IMG/VR virus record: IMGVR_UViG_3300017971_000261
Span: 1 to 64,000 of that record
From: a virus
Length of the DNA: 64,000 nt
Strand: one strand, 5' to 3'
Shown: positions 34,659 through 44,368 of the stretch, one piece after another
Position numbering within the stretch: position 1 is the first letter of the stretch
Layout of the letters: each line of letters begins with the position of its first letter
The notes under the pieces: model-generated
Seen by the model: the letters and a program-made list of their open reading frames with translations, nothing else
Told to the model about the DNA's origin: nothing
Database searches by the model: none
Program-made: the position numbers and the translations under genes

Positions 34659-35741
34659 ATGATCACATTCGAAGTTTCGGATGCACCGCAAGTGAGGGGT
34701 CCTGCAACGGGCATCAACCCCAAGCAGTTCATCGAGGAGGGGCTGCTCAATGGCCCCATCGAACAGTGTTGCGATTATCAGGCGACACTCAGGCATGTCC
34801 CTACATCGCATCCCTTGTTCGGTGCGGCCTATGCTGCGTTCTGTGAGCACAAACCGCTGGTTCTCTCGCCGGACATGATCTGGATCACGATCATGCAGGG
34901 GTTGGCGAACCATATCAACCTCGACCCGGAGAAGTACAGACACCAGTTCGTGGAGCACGAAGGCAAAGAAGAGATCAAGATTCGTCATGACGGTCTTGTC
35001 AAAGGCAGCCCGGAGAATCCGTGGCACGAAGTAATCGGCATGTTCTCCGCTCAGCTGAGACCACGGATCTTGAACAATGTTCACGATTATGTGGTCTGTG
35101 ACTTCAGCACAACCGATCTCGTCGAGCGTGTTTCCTCAATCATGGTCTTGATGGATGCCATGCAGGGATACTTCGACTACAGGGTGATGACTATCTGTGG
35201 TATTCCGAAGGTTACATTGGAGGGGGAACCGTCTGACTGGCAGGCAATCGCTGAGAGAGTCCCGAAGCTGAATGATTACGGCCTCGATTGGTGGACGCAG
35301 CGACTCGGGCCGGTGTGCGACGAGTTTGTGAAGGCCTCGCTCGGCGATGTCGACGAGGAACACTGGATGAACATCTTCCAGGAACAAAGCATGGGAAGCG
35401 GCGGTCCTAACTTGTTTGGGTGGCTGTTCTACTTCTTGCCTTACACGAAAGACCATCAAACCAACGCCCCGACAGTCGTGAACCGGATGTTGACACAGCC
35501 GGAACGCAGACTGAGAAAAGGAAGCCATCGTGCTGGGCCAGGAGCGTCACTTGACACTGACGACATCCCGATGTCCCTTTCTAAGGTTCCCTTCATATGG
35601 GAATATCACGGGAATGTGTCCAATTACGAGTTCCTGGCGGGCATCATCGGAGCTACTGAGTCTGAAGAGGATTGCTCAATCCGACCGAAAGTCGGTTGGG
35701 CCGTCCGTCCGAAGCCGGAGGAACAGGCAGAACAAGCGTGA
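34659..35741 (+). CDS. DUF4419 family protein
   Basis: HKPLVLSPDMIW, HEGK, FSTT, CGIPKVTLEG...DW. Confidence 0.85.
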   Translation: MITFEVSDAPQVRGPATGINPKQFIEEGLLNGPIEQCCDYQATLRHVPTSHPLFGAAYAAFCEHKPLVLSPDMIWITIMQGLANHINLDPEKYRHQFVEHEGKEEIKIRHDGLVKGSPENPWHEVIGMFSAQLRPRILNNVHDYVVCDFSTTDLVERVSSIMVLMDAMQGYFDYRVMTICGIPKVTLEGEPSDWQAIAERVPKLNDYGLDWWTQRLGPVCDEFVKASLGDVDEEHWMNIFQEQSMGSGGPNLFGWLFYFLPYTKDHQTNAPTVVNRMLTQPERRLRKGSHRAGPGASLDTDDIPMSLSKVPFIWEYHGNVSNYEFLAGIIGATESEEDCSIRPKVGWAVRPKPEEQAEQA

Positions 35742-35821
35742 CTGACAGGTTCACGACTCGCAAGTATCTACTGAAGGTGCGGCACAGGTGATGACAGGCT
35801 CTGCGGCCAGGAAACTTAGGA

Positions 35822-36241
35822 ATGCCGGATTGGGATCGTGTACATGACGTCATCCAGTCTCAACTGAAGATCGTTGCCGACGCTATTGTAGAACAGGGTA
35901 GCTCAGTCGACATCGAAATTCGGTTTGAGTCCGGGAAAACGAGCAGCGACTACTGTCATCTGCTGACATCTATCAAATTGATGCCACAGAGCCAAGATTG
36001 TATCGATCCAATCTTGTTGACCGTGAGCTTCGTGCCTGCTGGTGATGGCATGGTACAAGTGACAGGAGATGCTTCCGGAGAGAATCTGGGTGACATGATT
36101 GCCAGCTATGGCAGCATGGGTGCTGTACCGGACTTGGATGTATGGCTGCTATTCGCTGGCTGTCAGGTTGTAGGATACTTGGGGTCGCACATCAATGACA
36201 TAACCAACGCATGCAGGGACCCCTCACGCACGAGCCCGTGA
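35822..36241 (+). CDS. Hypothetical protein
   Basis: 139 aa ORF. Confidence 0.6.
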   Translation: MPDWDRVHDVIQSQLKIVADAIVEQGSSVDIEIRFESGKTSSDYCHLLTSIKLMPQSQDCIDPILLTVSFVPAGDGMVQVTGDASGENLGDMIASYGSMGAVPDLDVWLLFAGCQVVGYLGSHINDITNACRDPSRTSP

Positions 36242-36254
36242 CGAAAGGAATCAT

Positions 36255-36602
36255 ATGCGGGTTGAACATTGGAGAAGGAAAGTCTGCGAAGGTTTCGTAG
36301 ATTACATTCACGGCGGTGGTTACATCATCGACGAGTTTGTAATACCTGATCTTCGATTGGTCGTCAACAAAGAGGCCTTTTTCATACAAACGCCTGAGCA
36401 GTACACCCGTAAGGAAGAGGCAGAGAACGCCGAAGAATGGCAACCCAGGTTCGTTACGGCCGTAGAAGTCGAAGACGAGCAGGTCACCAACAACCTGAGA
36501 AGGCTCGCCGCATTCGCAGAGATGAAAGAGGAAGCGAAAAATGCTGAAACTCAAGTACTTACAGAATTGAGTACCCGTTTCGGTGTGAATCTGTTGGATT
36601 AG
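36255..36602 (+). CDS. Hypothetical protein
   Basis: AAGGA RBS; 115 aa. Confidence 0.7.
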   Translation: MRVEHWRRKVCEGFVDYIHGGGYIIDEFVIPDLRLVVNKEAFFIQTPEQYTRKEEAENAEEWQPRFVTAVEVEDEQVTNNLRRLAAFAEMKEEAKNAETQVLTELSTRFGVNLLD

Positions 36603-36604
36603 TA

Positions 36605-36688
36605 GTCCCGGTGGTGGAACTGGCAGACACGCGGGCCCGAGGAGCCCGTGCTCGAAAGAGCGTGAGGGTTCGAATCCCTCCCGGGACA
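36605..36688 (+). tRNA. tRNA-Leu(GAG), C at position 33
   Basis: GTCCCGG/CCGGGAC, stem CGGGC/GCCCG, loop CCGAGGA, long variable arm, A73. Confidence 0.92.
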
Positions 36689-36714
36689 TTCATGCCGCAG
36701 TTCAAACGAATCTC

Positions 36715-36743
36715 TTGACATGAGCAGGATCATGTGGTATACT
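36715..36743 (+). promoter_or_regulatory. Sigma70 promoter
   Basis: TTGACA-N17-TATACT with TGTGG. Confidence 0.8.
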
Positions 36744-36875
36744 AGAAGCACGGATGAAGGTTCGCGCTCTGAGGTAACGGTAGCGATATAATGAGATGAC
36801 GAATAAGGCAGAGCTGTAAAAAGAAAGGTGCCTGCCTCTGCTGTTTCGAATGTTAGTTTAACGGAGGAAACTAAC

Positions 36876-37658
36876 ATGACAGCAAGAAGCCGCAGACGAT
36901 ACAGCGAAAGCCAATTTCGTGAAGCCGTAAGAGAGTCGCGTTCAGTTGCAGAAGCATTGAGGAAACTTGGTCTTTCACCCCATGGCGGTGGAGGATATGA
37001 GTCATTCTACTCATATTGCGAGGAGACCGGAACGGATTGGAGCCATTTCAAGGGCCAGGGTTGGTTGCGTGGCGGTTCATGTTCGTGGTCTCAGTTCAAA
37101 GCAAGACCTCTTGAGGAGATATTAGTAGAAGATTCTACTTATCTTTCTACTGCCAATCTGAAGCGCAGGCTTATCAAAGAGGGCGTGTTTGAGGACAAAT
37201 GTTACGAATGTGGTCTTAAGGAATGGCGTGGGAGCAAATTGCCGACTGAGCTGCATCATAAGAACGGCAACAGACGTGACAATAGGCTGTCCAACCTAAT
37301 AATACTTTGTCGGAATTGTCACGGTCTAACACAGAATTTTCGCCAGCGTAACGGGAGATCGTCCAATGGCGTCCTGGGACAACGGAAACACAAACCAGGG
37401 CGAAACAGAACAGGACGAAAACGAGAGCTTAATGACAGAACGTGCCCTACTTGTCATAAAGAATTCAGGCCTCGCCGTAGGGAACAGAGATTCTGTTCGT
37501 ATACCTGCAGTTCTCTGTCGAGGCGAAAACGAGATCGGCCGAATAAGGCCGTCCTTTTGCGGATGGTTAACGAATCTTCTGTCTGTGCTGTCGCCAGGGA
37601 CATGGGAGTATCGGACAACACTATACGCAAATGGATCAAATTCGGAGAAGACTGTTAA
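36876..37658 (+). CDS. HNH endonuclease with Zn finger and C-terminal HTH
   Basis: CYECG, ELHHKNGNRRDNRLSNLIILCRNCH, CPTC...FCSYTC, ARDMGVSDNTIRKW. Confidence 0.9.
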   Translation: MTARSRRRYSESQFREAVRESRSVAEALRKLGLSPHGGGGYESFYSYCEETGTDWSHFKGQGWLRGGSCSWSQFKARPLEEILVEDSTYLSTANLKRRLIKEGVFEDKCYECGLKEWRGSKLPTELHHKNGNRRDNRLSNLIILCRNCHGLTQNFRQRNGRSSNGVLGQRKHKPGRNRTGRKRELNDRTCPTCHKEFRPRRREQRFCSYTCSSLSRRKRDRPNKAVLLRMVNESSVCAVARDMGVSDNTIRKWIKFGEDC

Positions 37659-37662
37659 ATTA

Positions 37663-37747
37663 GGCCCAGTGGCGAAACGGAAAACGCGGCACGCTCAAAC
37701 CGTGTTGTCCCATCGTGGACTTGAAGGTTCGAATCCTTCCTGGGCTA
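37663..37747 (+). tRNA. tRNA-Leu(CAA)
   Basis: GGCCCAG/CTGGGCT, stem GCACG/CGTGT, loop CTCAAAC, T arm GAAGG-TTCGAAT-CCTTC. Confidence 0.93.
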
Positions 37748-37768
37748 TTAAATTCAACAGGTGTAGTT

Positions 37769-38536
37769 ATGTCGGCCACCAAGGAAATCTACTCGAACTG
37801 CAGACTACTGTCTCCGGACGGTGTTCTCATGTGCTACTGCGGCCACGACAAGGTCAAGTGGTACTTGGACAGAGGCGTTGCAGAGGTCGTAGAGATACGG
37901 CCGCATCTAACGGTGCGTCTACTGTTCGAGCCTGAGGGTCTTGGCAAGGCCGGAGACCCCTTCTACCTGCAGGTGCGTGAGAACAAGTGCTGTGTGTGTG
38001 GTAGCAAGGAAGACCTAACGAAGCACCACGTTATTCCTTTGTGCTACAGAAGGCACCTGAATGGATCGCGAAACACGCACCATGATGTTCTGCCGATCTG
38101 TAGAACCTGCCACAACAAGTATGAGCGTGACTACGCGATCGAAGTAAGACAAAACTTCGCGAAGCGTTACAAGGCACCGCTGGGTGGTCTCGTTGGTGAC
38201 GTTGATGCTGCAGTATTTGCACGCGTCAGCCGTTGTGCAAGTGCTCTGGTTCGATACGGCGACCGTATTCCGGCAAACCGTCGTAACGAACTTCGGGATG
38301 TGATCGATCAGTTTCTCGGTCGTCTCGCTACGTGGGACGAAATCTTGGAGCTGTCGGAGAACTACCGAGAGCGTGATGACTATCTCAGCCATCCGGAGAT
38401 CGTCGCACAGAAGATCACGGACTTGGATACGTTCTACAAGATCTGGAGACGACACTTCGTTCACACGATGCGACCGCGCTTCTTGCCGGAGCACTGGTCC
38501 ATCAATCGAAGTATCGTAGAGGAAACCATGAGCTGA
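37769..38536 (+). CDS. HNH-like protein resembling the EXD2 C-terminal domain
   Basis: YSNCRLLSPDG...KWYL...LLFEP...CCVCG...HHVIP.CYR...HDVLPICRTCH. Confidence 0.7.
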   Translation: MSATKEIYSNCRLLSPDGVLMCYCGHDKVKWYLDRGVAEVVEIRPHLTVRLLFEPEGLGKAGDPFYLQVRENKCCVCGSKEDLTKHHVIPLCYRRHLNGSRNTHHDVLPICRTCHNKYERDYAIEVRQNFAKRYKAPLGGLVGDVDAAVFARVSRCASALVRYGDRIPANRRNELRDVIDQFLGRLATWDEILELSENYRERDDYLSHPEIVAQKITDLDTFYKIWRRHFVHTMRPRFLPEHWSINRSIVEETMS

Positions 38537-38835
38537 TGACGCATAGTGCTCACGATCCAATCAAGATCGTCAAACTGCTAAGCCTGGGAGGGCCGTGCCC
38601 CACTCAGTGGGAAGCATGGGACGATCAGGGTCGTGAGTACTACATGCGTTATCGGTGGGGTCATCTGACTTTCTGTCGTTGGGACGTGAGCCCTCCTGAA
38701 TACTATCTGTCCGAGCAGATCGGAGACCAATATGATGGCATGTTAGACGATGACACCATGAAACAACGTCTGATTGGCATCGTGGATTGGAGTGAATGCA
38801 AACAGGTCGACAACCGACCTGTTGATCCCTATTGA
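38536..38835 (+). CDS. Hypothetical protein
   Basis: CPTQWE...YMRYRWG. Confidence 0.7.
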   Translation: MTHSAHDPIKIVKLLSLGGPCPTQWEAWDDQGREYYMRYRWGHLTFCRWDVSPPEYYLSEQIGDQYDGMLDDDTMKQRLIGIVDWSECKQVDNRPVDPY

Positions 38836-38919
38836 GCCTCTGTGGCGGAACAGGCAGACGCGCGGATTTTAAGAGTCCGTGTCCTTAGTGGCGTACAGGT
38901 TCGAGTCCTGTCAGGGGCA
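38836..38919 (+). tRNA. tRNA-Leu(TAA)
   Basis: GCCTCTG/CAGGGGC, stem CGGAT/GTCCG, loop TTTAAGA, ACAGG-TTCGAGT-CCTGT. Confidence 0.93.
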
Positions 38920-38921
38920 GT

Positions 38922-39173
38922 ATGAAGGCGAGCGTACCATTGGCCCTTAAGGATGCAGCCGACTTGATGTCTTCCTTTCGGGATTTTAAGAAGGTAACTT
39001 TTCGTCCACAGGATGAAATAATCTTTCAATGCCTTGACCCCGGCATAGGTTACACAAGATGGAGGGGACGAATAGGTTTGCGTTCTTTATGTGTACAAGA
39101 GGTATGGACGGATCATGAGCCTGAGGGCGTAAAGACATGGTTGCTTGCGGTCGAGAGAAAGCGTGAAGATTGA
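38922..39173 (+). CDS. Hypothetical protein (tandem paralog 1)
   Basis: ALKDAADL...GRI...TWLLAVE. Confidence 0.6.
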   Translation: MKASVPLALKDAADLMSSFRDFKKVTFRPQDEIIFQCLDPGIGYTRWRGRIGLRSLCVQEVWTDHEPEGVKTWLLAVERKRED

Positions 39174-39426
39174 TTTCAAACAGGCATTAACAGACGCTGC
39201 TGATTTGTTTTGTGCCTACATGTACTTGAAAATGCGATACGTCAGGGAACCAGACAGCATCGTAACCGGCAACCTTAAGCCAGAGAAAGGAACAATCAGG
39301 TTTACTCGCGGGAGAATGCAACTGCTGATCAAAGTGAAGTATGCTTCTTTGGCAGCAGATGCGACCACTGGACTCTTCCCGCATACTTGGATTTTGGATG
39401 TCCAAAAGCAAGCCAAATCCGGATGA
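39163..39426 (+). CDS. Hypothetical protein (tandem paralog 2)
   Basis: ALTDAADL...GRM...TWILDVQ. Confidence 0.6.
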   Translation: MKIDFKQALTDAADLFCAYMYLKMRYVREPDSIVTGNLKPEKGTIRFTRGRMQLLIKVKYASLAADATTGLFPHTWILDVQKQAKSG

Positions 39427-41389
39427 GTACAGTGAAAAGTCAATCAAGATCCTTGAGGGTCTGACTGCTGTACGCAAGCGTCCATCCATGTATATCGGCG
39501 ATGTCGGTCATGCCGGTCTCCATCATCTCGTTCAAGAAATCATCGACAACAGTGTAGATGAAGCACTTGCTGGGCACTGCACTGCAATACAGGTTGTTCT
39601 ACACAAGAACGGCTCTTGTACGATCTCAGACAATGGCCGTGGCATCCCAGTCTACAAAATGAAGCACGAGAACCCAAAGATCAACGGCAAGCCAGCCGCC
39701 GAGATCTGCCTGACTACTCTTCATGCCGGTGGTAAGTTTGACCGATCGATCTACAAGGTTTCCGGTGGATTGCATGGCGTCGGTGTCAGTGTTGTCAACG
39801 CCTTAAGCAAGTGGCTATGGCTTGAAGTAAAACGCGATGGCAAGATGTGGCAGATGGAATTCGAACAAGGCAAAACCACCAAACCGATGAAGTCCAAGGG
39901 TGCAACGAATGCAACTGGAACGACCATTCAGTTTCAGCCGGACCCGAAAATCTTCAAGAAGGATCGGACCTTCTCATATGAGCTGTTACGGGATCGCTTG
40001 CGTGAACTTGCCTTCCTGAATGATGGACTCAGCATATCTATCAAAGACGAGAGAACTGGGAAAAAAGATCGTTTCAAATTCAGGGATGGACTGAAACAGT
40101 TTGTCAAGGCGGTTGCCAGTGGAAGTGAGCCTATCCATCCCGTGCTTCGTCTTTCCGGCCGGGAAAAGGAAACCGGTCTTCAGATGGATCTGGCACTCCA
40201 GTATACCGATGAGTATTCAGAAAATACTCTCGTGTTTGCCAACAACATCCGCAACATGGATGGTGGCACACATCTTTCTGGTTTGCGGTCTGCCCTGACA
40301 CGTACCATCAACACCTATGGTAGAACTGCCGGTATCTTCAAGGATGGTATGAACCCAACAGGAGATGATATACGAGAGGGTCTTTGTGCCGTTCTTTCTG
40401 TCCGAGTCCCGGAGCCACAGTTTGAGGCACAAACCAAAGTTCGCCTGATGAATCCGGAGGTAGGAACCTTCGTAGAACAGACTGTAAACCGTCTCCTGTC
40501 CCAGTGGTTGGACTCAAACCCACATGATGCTAAGAAGATCGCCCTGAAGGGCCTGAGGGCCGCTAGAGCACGAGAAGCAGCCAGGAAGGCCAGAGAGCTG
40601 TCACGGAAGGGTTCCCAGGCCAAGGATGACATGCCAGCAAAGCTCTGGGATTGCACGAGCAGACGTGTCAGGGAGCGTGAGATCTTTTTGGTTGAAGGCG
40701 ATTCGGCCGCTGGCAGTGCGAAGAGCGGCAGGGATAGTAAATTTCAGGCCATCCTTCCCTTGCGTGGCAAGATACTGAACGTTGAAAAGGCCAGAATCGA
40801 CAAGGTCCTGTCAAACGAGGCCCTACGTCAAATGGTGACGGCAATCGGCTGCGGCATTGGACGTCTGGATTTTGATCTGAATAAGCGTAGATACGACAAG
40901 ATCATTATCATGACAGATGCCGACGTTGATGGAAGCCATATCAGGACCTTGATCTTGACCTTCTTATTCAGACACATGAGGCCACTGATAGAAGGTGGGC
41001 ATGTCTATGTCGCGTTACCGCCGCTGTTCGAGATCAGAAAGAAAGGTGGCCGCAAAAGCATCTATCTAAAAGACGAATCAGACCTCAATAGATGGGCCCA
41101 ATCTGAGGAAGTAGACATCAAGGAGTCAAAGGATTACGTGATGAAGCGTTTCAAGGGTCTCGGCGAGATGAACGCTGAGCAGCTTTGGGACACCACCATG
41201 AATCCTGAGAATCGTCAACTTCAGAAGGTTGTCATGTGCGACAGGACGGATGATGAAAGTAGCATGGAATACCAGATGGATGCACGTGAGGCGGATCGAA
41301 TGTTCAAGGTTCTGATGGGCTCAAATGCAGAAATACGAAGGACATACATCGAGGAAAACGCCTTGCATGTTGGCCAGCTGGATGTCTGA
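39398..41389 (+). CDS. gyrB: Type IIA topoisomerase B subunit (GyrB/ParE)
   Basis: VRKRPSMYIG, EIIDNSVDE, GGLHGVG, EGDSA, PLRGK, MTDADVDG, RFKGLGEM. Confidence 0.95.
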   Translation: MSKSKPNPDEYSEKSIKILEGLTAVRKRPSMYIGDVGHAGLHHLVQEIIDNSVDEALAGHCTAIQVVLHKNGSCTISDNGRGIPVYKMKHENPKINGKPAAEICLTTLHAGGKFDRSIYKVSGGLHGVGVSVVNALSKWLWLEVKRDGKMWQMEFEQGKTTKPMKSKGATNATGTTIQFQPDPKIFKKDRTFSYELLRDRLRELAFLNDGLSISIKDERTGKKDRFKFRDGLKQFVKAVASGSEPIHPVLRLSGREKETGLQMDLALQYTDEYSENTLVFANNIRNMDGGTHLSGLRSALTRTINTYGRTAGIFKDGMNPTGDDIREGLCAVLSVRVPEPQFEAQTKVRLMNPEVGTFVEQTVNRLLSQWLDSNPHDAKKIALKGLRAARAREAARKARELSRKGSQAKDDMPAKLWDCTSRRVREREIFLVEGDSAAGSAKSGRDSKFQAILPLRGKILNVEKARIDKVLSNEALRQMVTAIGCGIGRLDFDLNKRRYDKIIIMTDADVDGSHIRTLILTFLFRHMRPLIEGGHVYVALPPLFEIRKKGGRKSIYLKDESDLNRWAQSEEVDIKESKDYVMKRFKGLGEMNAEQLWDTTMNPENRQLQKVVMCDRTDDESSMEYQMDAREADRMFKVLMGSNAEIRRTYIEENALHVGQLDV

Positions 41390-41403
41390 TATGCAGGTTC
41401 CTT

Positions 41404-41432
41404 TTGACTTTCGGGCCAACGTGTGGTATAGT
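41404..41432 (+). promoter_or_regulatory. Sigma70-type promoter
   Basis: TTGACT-N17-TATAGT with TGTGG. Confidence 0.75.
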
Positions 41433-41449
41433 AGAGGTAGGAGAACGGA

Positions 41450-41665
41450 ATGTACATATTGCCGATCATAATTGGCATATACATAGTGATCGGTGTGATC
41501 ATCGTCATTGCGATGATGTTCGACCGTGATATGCTTGTTTTCTTCTTCAACCCATCTGAGGCGTCCTACGAGCATTCCTTCAAGCTGATCTTCTCTACGT
41601 TCCTCGCACCTGTTGCGTTGTTCGTTGGTGTATTGAAGGTCTGTGCTTCTCGATTAAGCAGCTGA
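41450..41665 (+). CDS. Small two-TM membrane protein
   Basis: AGGAG RBS; two hydrophobic segments. Confidence 0.65.
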   Translation: MYILPIIIGIYIVIGVIIVIAMMFDRDMLVFFFNPSEASYEHSFKLIFSTFLAPVALFVGVLKVCASRLSS

Positions 41666-42196
41666 TGCTGTATCCATCTCCCTGATGCGATCGATCAACT
41701 TCTCCAACCATAATCCAAGGGTTTGCAAAACTGATTCGGCCGAGGAAAGTGTAGATTTTGCAAGCTTAGACATGTAAGCAACATCATCATCGCTACGTTT
41801 AGGATCAGAAAGATCAACGATTTGAGGCATGAAGGTTTGCAGACTCAGATCTAGGATGGTTGTGTCTTTTGAAATGGACTCAACCAGACGTCGTATCGGC
41901 CAATGTTTCTCATATCCTGCTGATTCTATGTCCTGTTGAACTTTATCAAATGTTCCGCCGGACGAGAAGTGTTCGCCAAGAGCTTTCAGTATCGCATTTT
42001 TGATGTTACGGATTCTCCCCAATTCTTCCGATGTGATTCGCATCTTTTCTAGTAGCCCTTTGATGATTTGAATCCCACGCTGCATTTCTAGGACGGACTG
42101 CCTACAGATCATCAGCTCGCCATTTCTGTAGCACATCTTATATAGCCCCTCCGCGAATCGATCGCGGGCCAGTTTTGACGAGATAATTTGTTTCAT
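41654..42196 (-). CDS. Hypothetical protein
   Basis: Helical ORF starting MKQIISSKLAR. Confidence 0.6.
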   Translation of the reverse strand: MKQIISSKLARDRFAEGLYKMCYRNGELMICRQSVLEMQRGIQIIKGLLEKMRITSEELGRIRNIKNAILKALGEHFSSGGTFDKVQQDIESAGYEKHWPIRRLVESISKDTTILDLSLQTFMPQIVDLSDPKRSDDDVAYMSKLAKSTLSSAESVLQTLGLWLEKLIDRIREMDTASAA

Positions 42197-42315
42197 CACC
42201 ACCCACCAAAACACTGTAACTTGATTCACTTTCATCCTTTGCTTCTGATCCTCCTGTATAATCAACAACAGGGCATATCCGCCGAAAGGCCAATAAACTA
42301 GTAGAAGGAGACAGT

Positions 42316-44349
42316 TTGGATACCGTGCGCACCCAATCCATACCAGAAGTGAAAGGCTCTCTGAAACAATGGCTTACGAAGCTCGCAGAGAATCCATACG
42401 CTGCGGCAGAGGACCCGTACGCTTGCGGAAACCCCCCACTCTGTTGGGCTGTCGAAATTGACGACAACCTTCTACCAGATGCGTTGCATAACCTCACTGG
42501 TGAGAGGATCTTGTTTTGCTATAATGCAGATAATCCTGAGTCCTTATGGATTGCAAATTACTATGCACGGTACCGATCGGTTCCATCAGACAACCTACTA
42601 GGTCTCACCGGGATCACTGTAGACCCTACTGCCGGGACCGGTGACCCGTGTTGGCCCGGAAGGACAACCGAAGTTGTCATTGATGAGACGGAATTTGACA
42701 TCCGGATACAGACTCCAATCTTGACCAAACTGATTGAGATGGATGTCGACCCATATTCTGTGTATCCTGCCATTTGGTGCATCATCACAGGATTCGATTT
42801 GCCACATGCTTACTATCCCGGCGACGACCCATATGCCCCACCAATCGGCATCACCAGCAGACTCAGCAGGGTCTATCACAGTGTAGATTACAAACATGCC
42901 AACCCTCTTTACAACAAGAAGGACACTTTCCGATTCTACAATGGCTCAGATGCCAATATCGCTTTGATTACGTCTGTCATCGATGGACCAACGAGCTGCC
43001 ATGCAAGACGAATCATAGATCGATCGACCGAGGTCAGCAGACAGAACGAGCTGACTGGAAAGATCTATATTGATCCATACGGCAAGCGTGATACAGAAAA
43101 CGAACTTGAGTACGAATCAGATATATTGGACTTCGTTACTAACGAACTTAGCAACTTAGGATTGACAAGTTTCACAACTTCAGTTGCCCAGTACTTCCTG
43201 CAGGACCCAACAATTCCAGAGCTAGACGGAGATAGCTTTTACTGGGGTTGGTATAGACCAAGATTCTCAAGCCAGCTTGTTGAAGCAACAAGCAATAAGA
43301 GATGCTTCTTGTACAATGCAGATGATGACTCGGCATCTGCGTTGAACGAACGTGTTGACACAAACGCCGGAAACAGGTGGTGCAACATCGCTATAGACAC
43401 TGAGCCACCTTACGCGTCGACAGCAGGAGCGGTTTCAGCTCCTGGTTCTGATGCCCACCTCAGACCTAGGCCATTTTTCGAGGCTCTGCATCAGGGAGCA
43501 TGTTTGGGTGAATGTTTTTTGTATGCTAGCCCATATGTTGATTGGAAAATCATACTGGTTGGCGACCCGTTGATGACGGCTAGATTCCCATCTGCTATTC
43601 CTGATGAGCAAGATCCTACTCATACAACCCTACACAACGACGAGCTTGTCGATCGAGCTAAACGTCGCATTGAACAATCTCTAGCATATGGCTATAGACA
43701 ATGGCGTATTGCAGACCAGATTGTTCAACTGGTAGTCAACACAACCGAACTTGATGAGGAAATCAGGCTGTTAGAACCATCTGCTCTCTATCGCAGGTAT
43801 CTAGATATAGCCAGGCAACGTGAAGGATTTGAGCTAGTGGTTGATTCATTTCTGAGATACATAAGCAGAACTACATTGAGAAGTTTTCAATACTGGCTAA
43901 CATCAAACAACAAGCAGATTACGCCCCTTTTGTCGCAAGTAATCGAACGTCTTCCGCATGACAGTTCTATACCAGCTTCCTTGATATATAGCAGTGGCTA
44001 CTGGGAATACATTTTCACATTCACTTATTATGGGGAAGATCGTCAGAACGTCCATTTTCAGATGCAGATCGCATCTGACGACACGTTTGGCACTGTCATT
44101 TTTGACTTGGTGAGTTCCACTTCTCAAAGCGGATGGACGTATGAATCAGAGCTAAGAACCTTCGTGCAACTGCAATCAGCAGGTTTGCCATCCAATTTCA
44201 GCGGGCGACGAATCAAGTTCTCGGCCACATCCTCTGAGCATTTGTCAACTGGAGATCTGGTTTACGTTAGATGGCGAGTTACTGATGCTTCTGGTGTCCC
44301 TGCTTCAAGTTGGACTTCTGACACAGAGGGCATGATTGTCATAGCGTAG
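42316..44349 (+). CDS. TIGR03790-family protein with C-terminal Ig/FN3-like domain
   Basis: SLWIANYYARYRSVP, FYWGWY, GAVSAP, GACLGE...WKIILVGDPL; AAGGAG-TTG start. Confidence 0.7.
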   Translation: MDTVRTQSIPEVKGSLKQWLTKLAENPYAAAEDPYACGNPPLCWAVEIDDNLLPDALHNLTGERILFCYNADNPESLWIANYYARYRSVPSDNLLGLTGITVDPTAGTGDPCWPGRTTEVVIDETEFDIRIQTPILTKLIEMDVDPYSVYPAIWCIITGFDLPHAYYPGDDPYAPPIGITSRLSRVYHSVDYKHANPLYNKKDTFRFYNGSDANIALITSVIDGPTSCHARRIIDRSTEVSRQNELTGKIYIDPYGKRDTENELEYESDILDFVTNELSNLGLTSFTTSVAQYFLQDPTIPELDGDSFYWGWYRPRFSSQLVEATSNKRCFLYNADDDSASALNERVDTNAGNRWCNIAIDTEPPYASTAGAVSAPGSDAHLRPRPFFEALHQGACLGECFLYASPYVDWKIILVGDPLMTARFPSAIPDEQDPTHTTLHNDELVDRAKRRIEQSLAYGYRQWRIADQIVQLVVNTTELDEEIRLLEPSALYRRYLDIARQREGFELVVDSFLRYISRTTLRSFQYWLTSNNKQITPLLSQVIERLPHDSSIPASLIYSSGYWEYIFTFTYYGEDRQNVHFQMQIASDDTFGTVIFDLVSSTSQSGWTYESELRTFVQLQSAGLPSNFSGRRIKFSATSSEHLSTGDLVYVRWRVTDASGVPASSWTSDTEGMIVIA

Positions 44350-44368
44350 AACTAAACTATGGTGAAAT

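Noticed and set aside
34310-34846. ORFs overlapping the tRNA region (34310, 34335, 34417, 34472) and similar ones at 36192 and 38829
   Set aside because: Shadows of GC-rich structured RNA genes; no RBS or protein motifs
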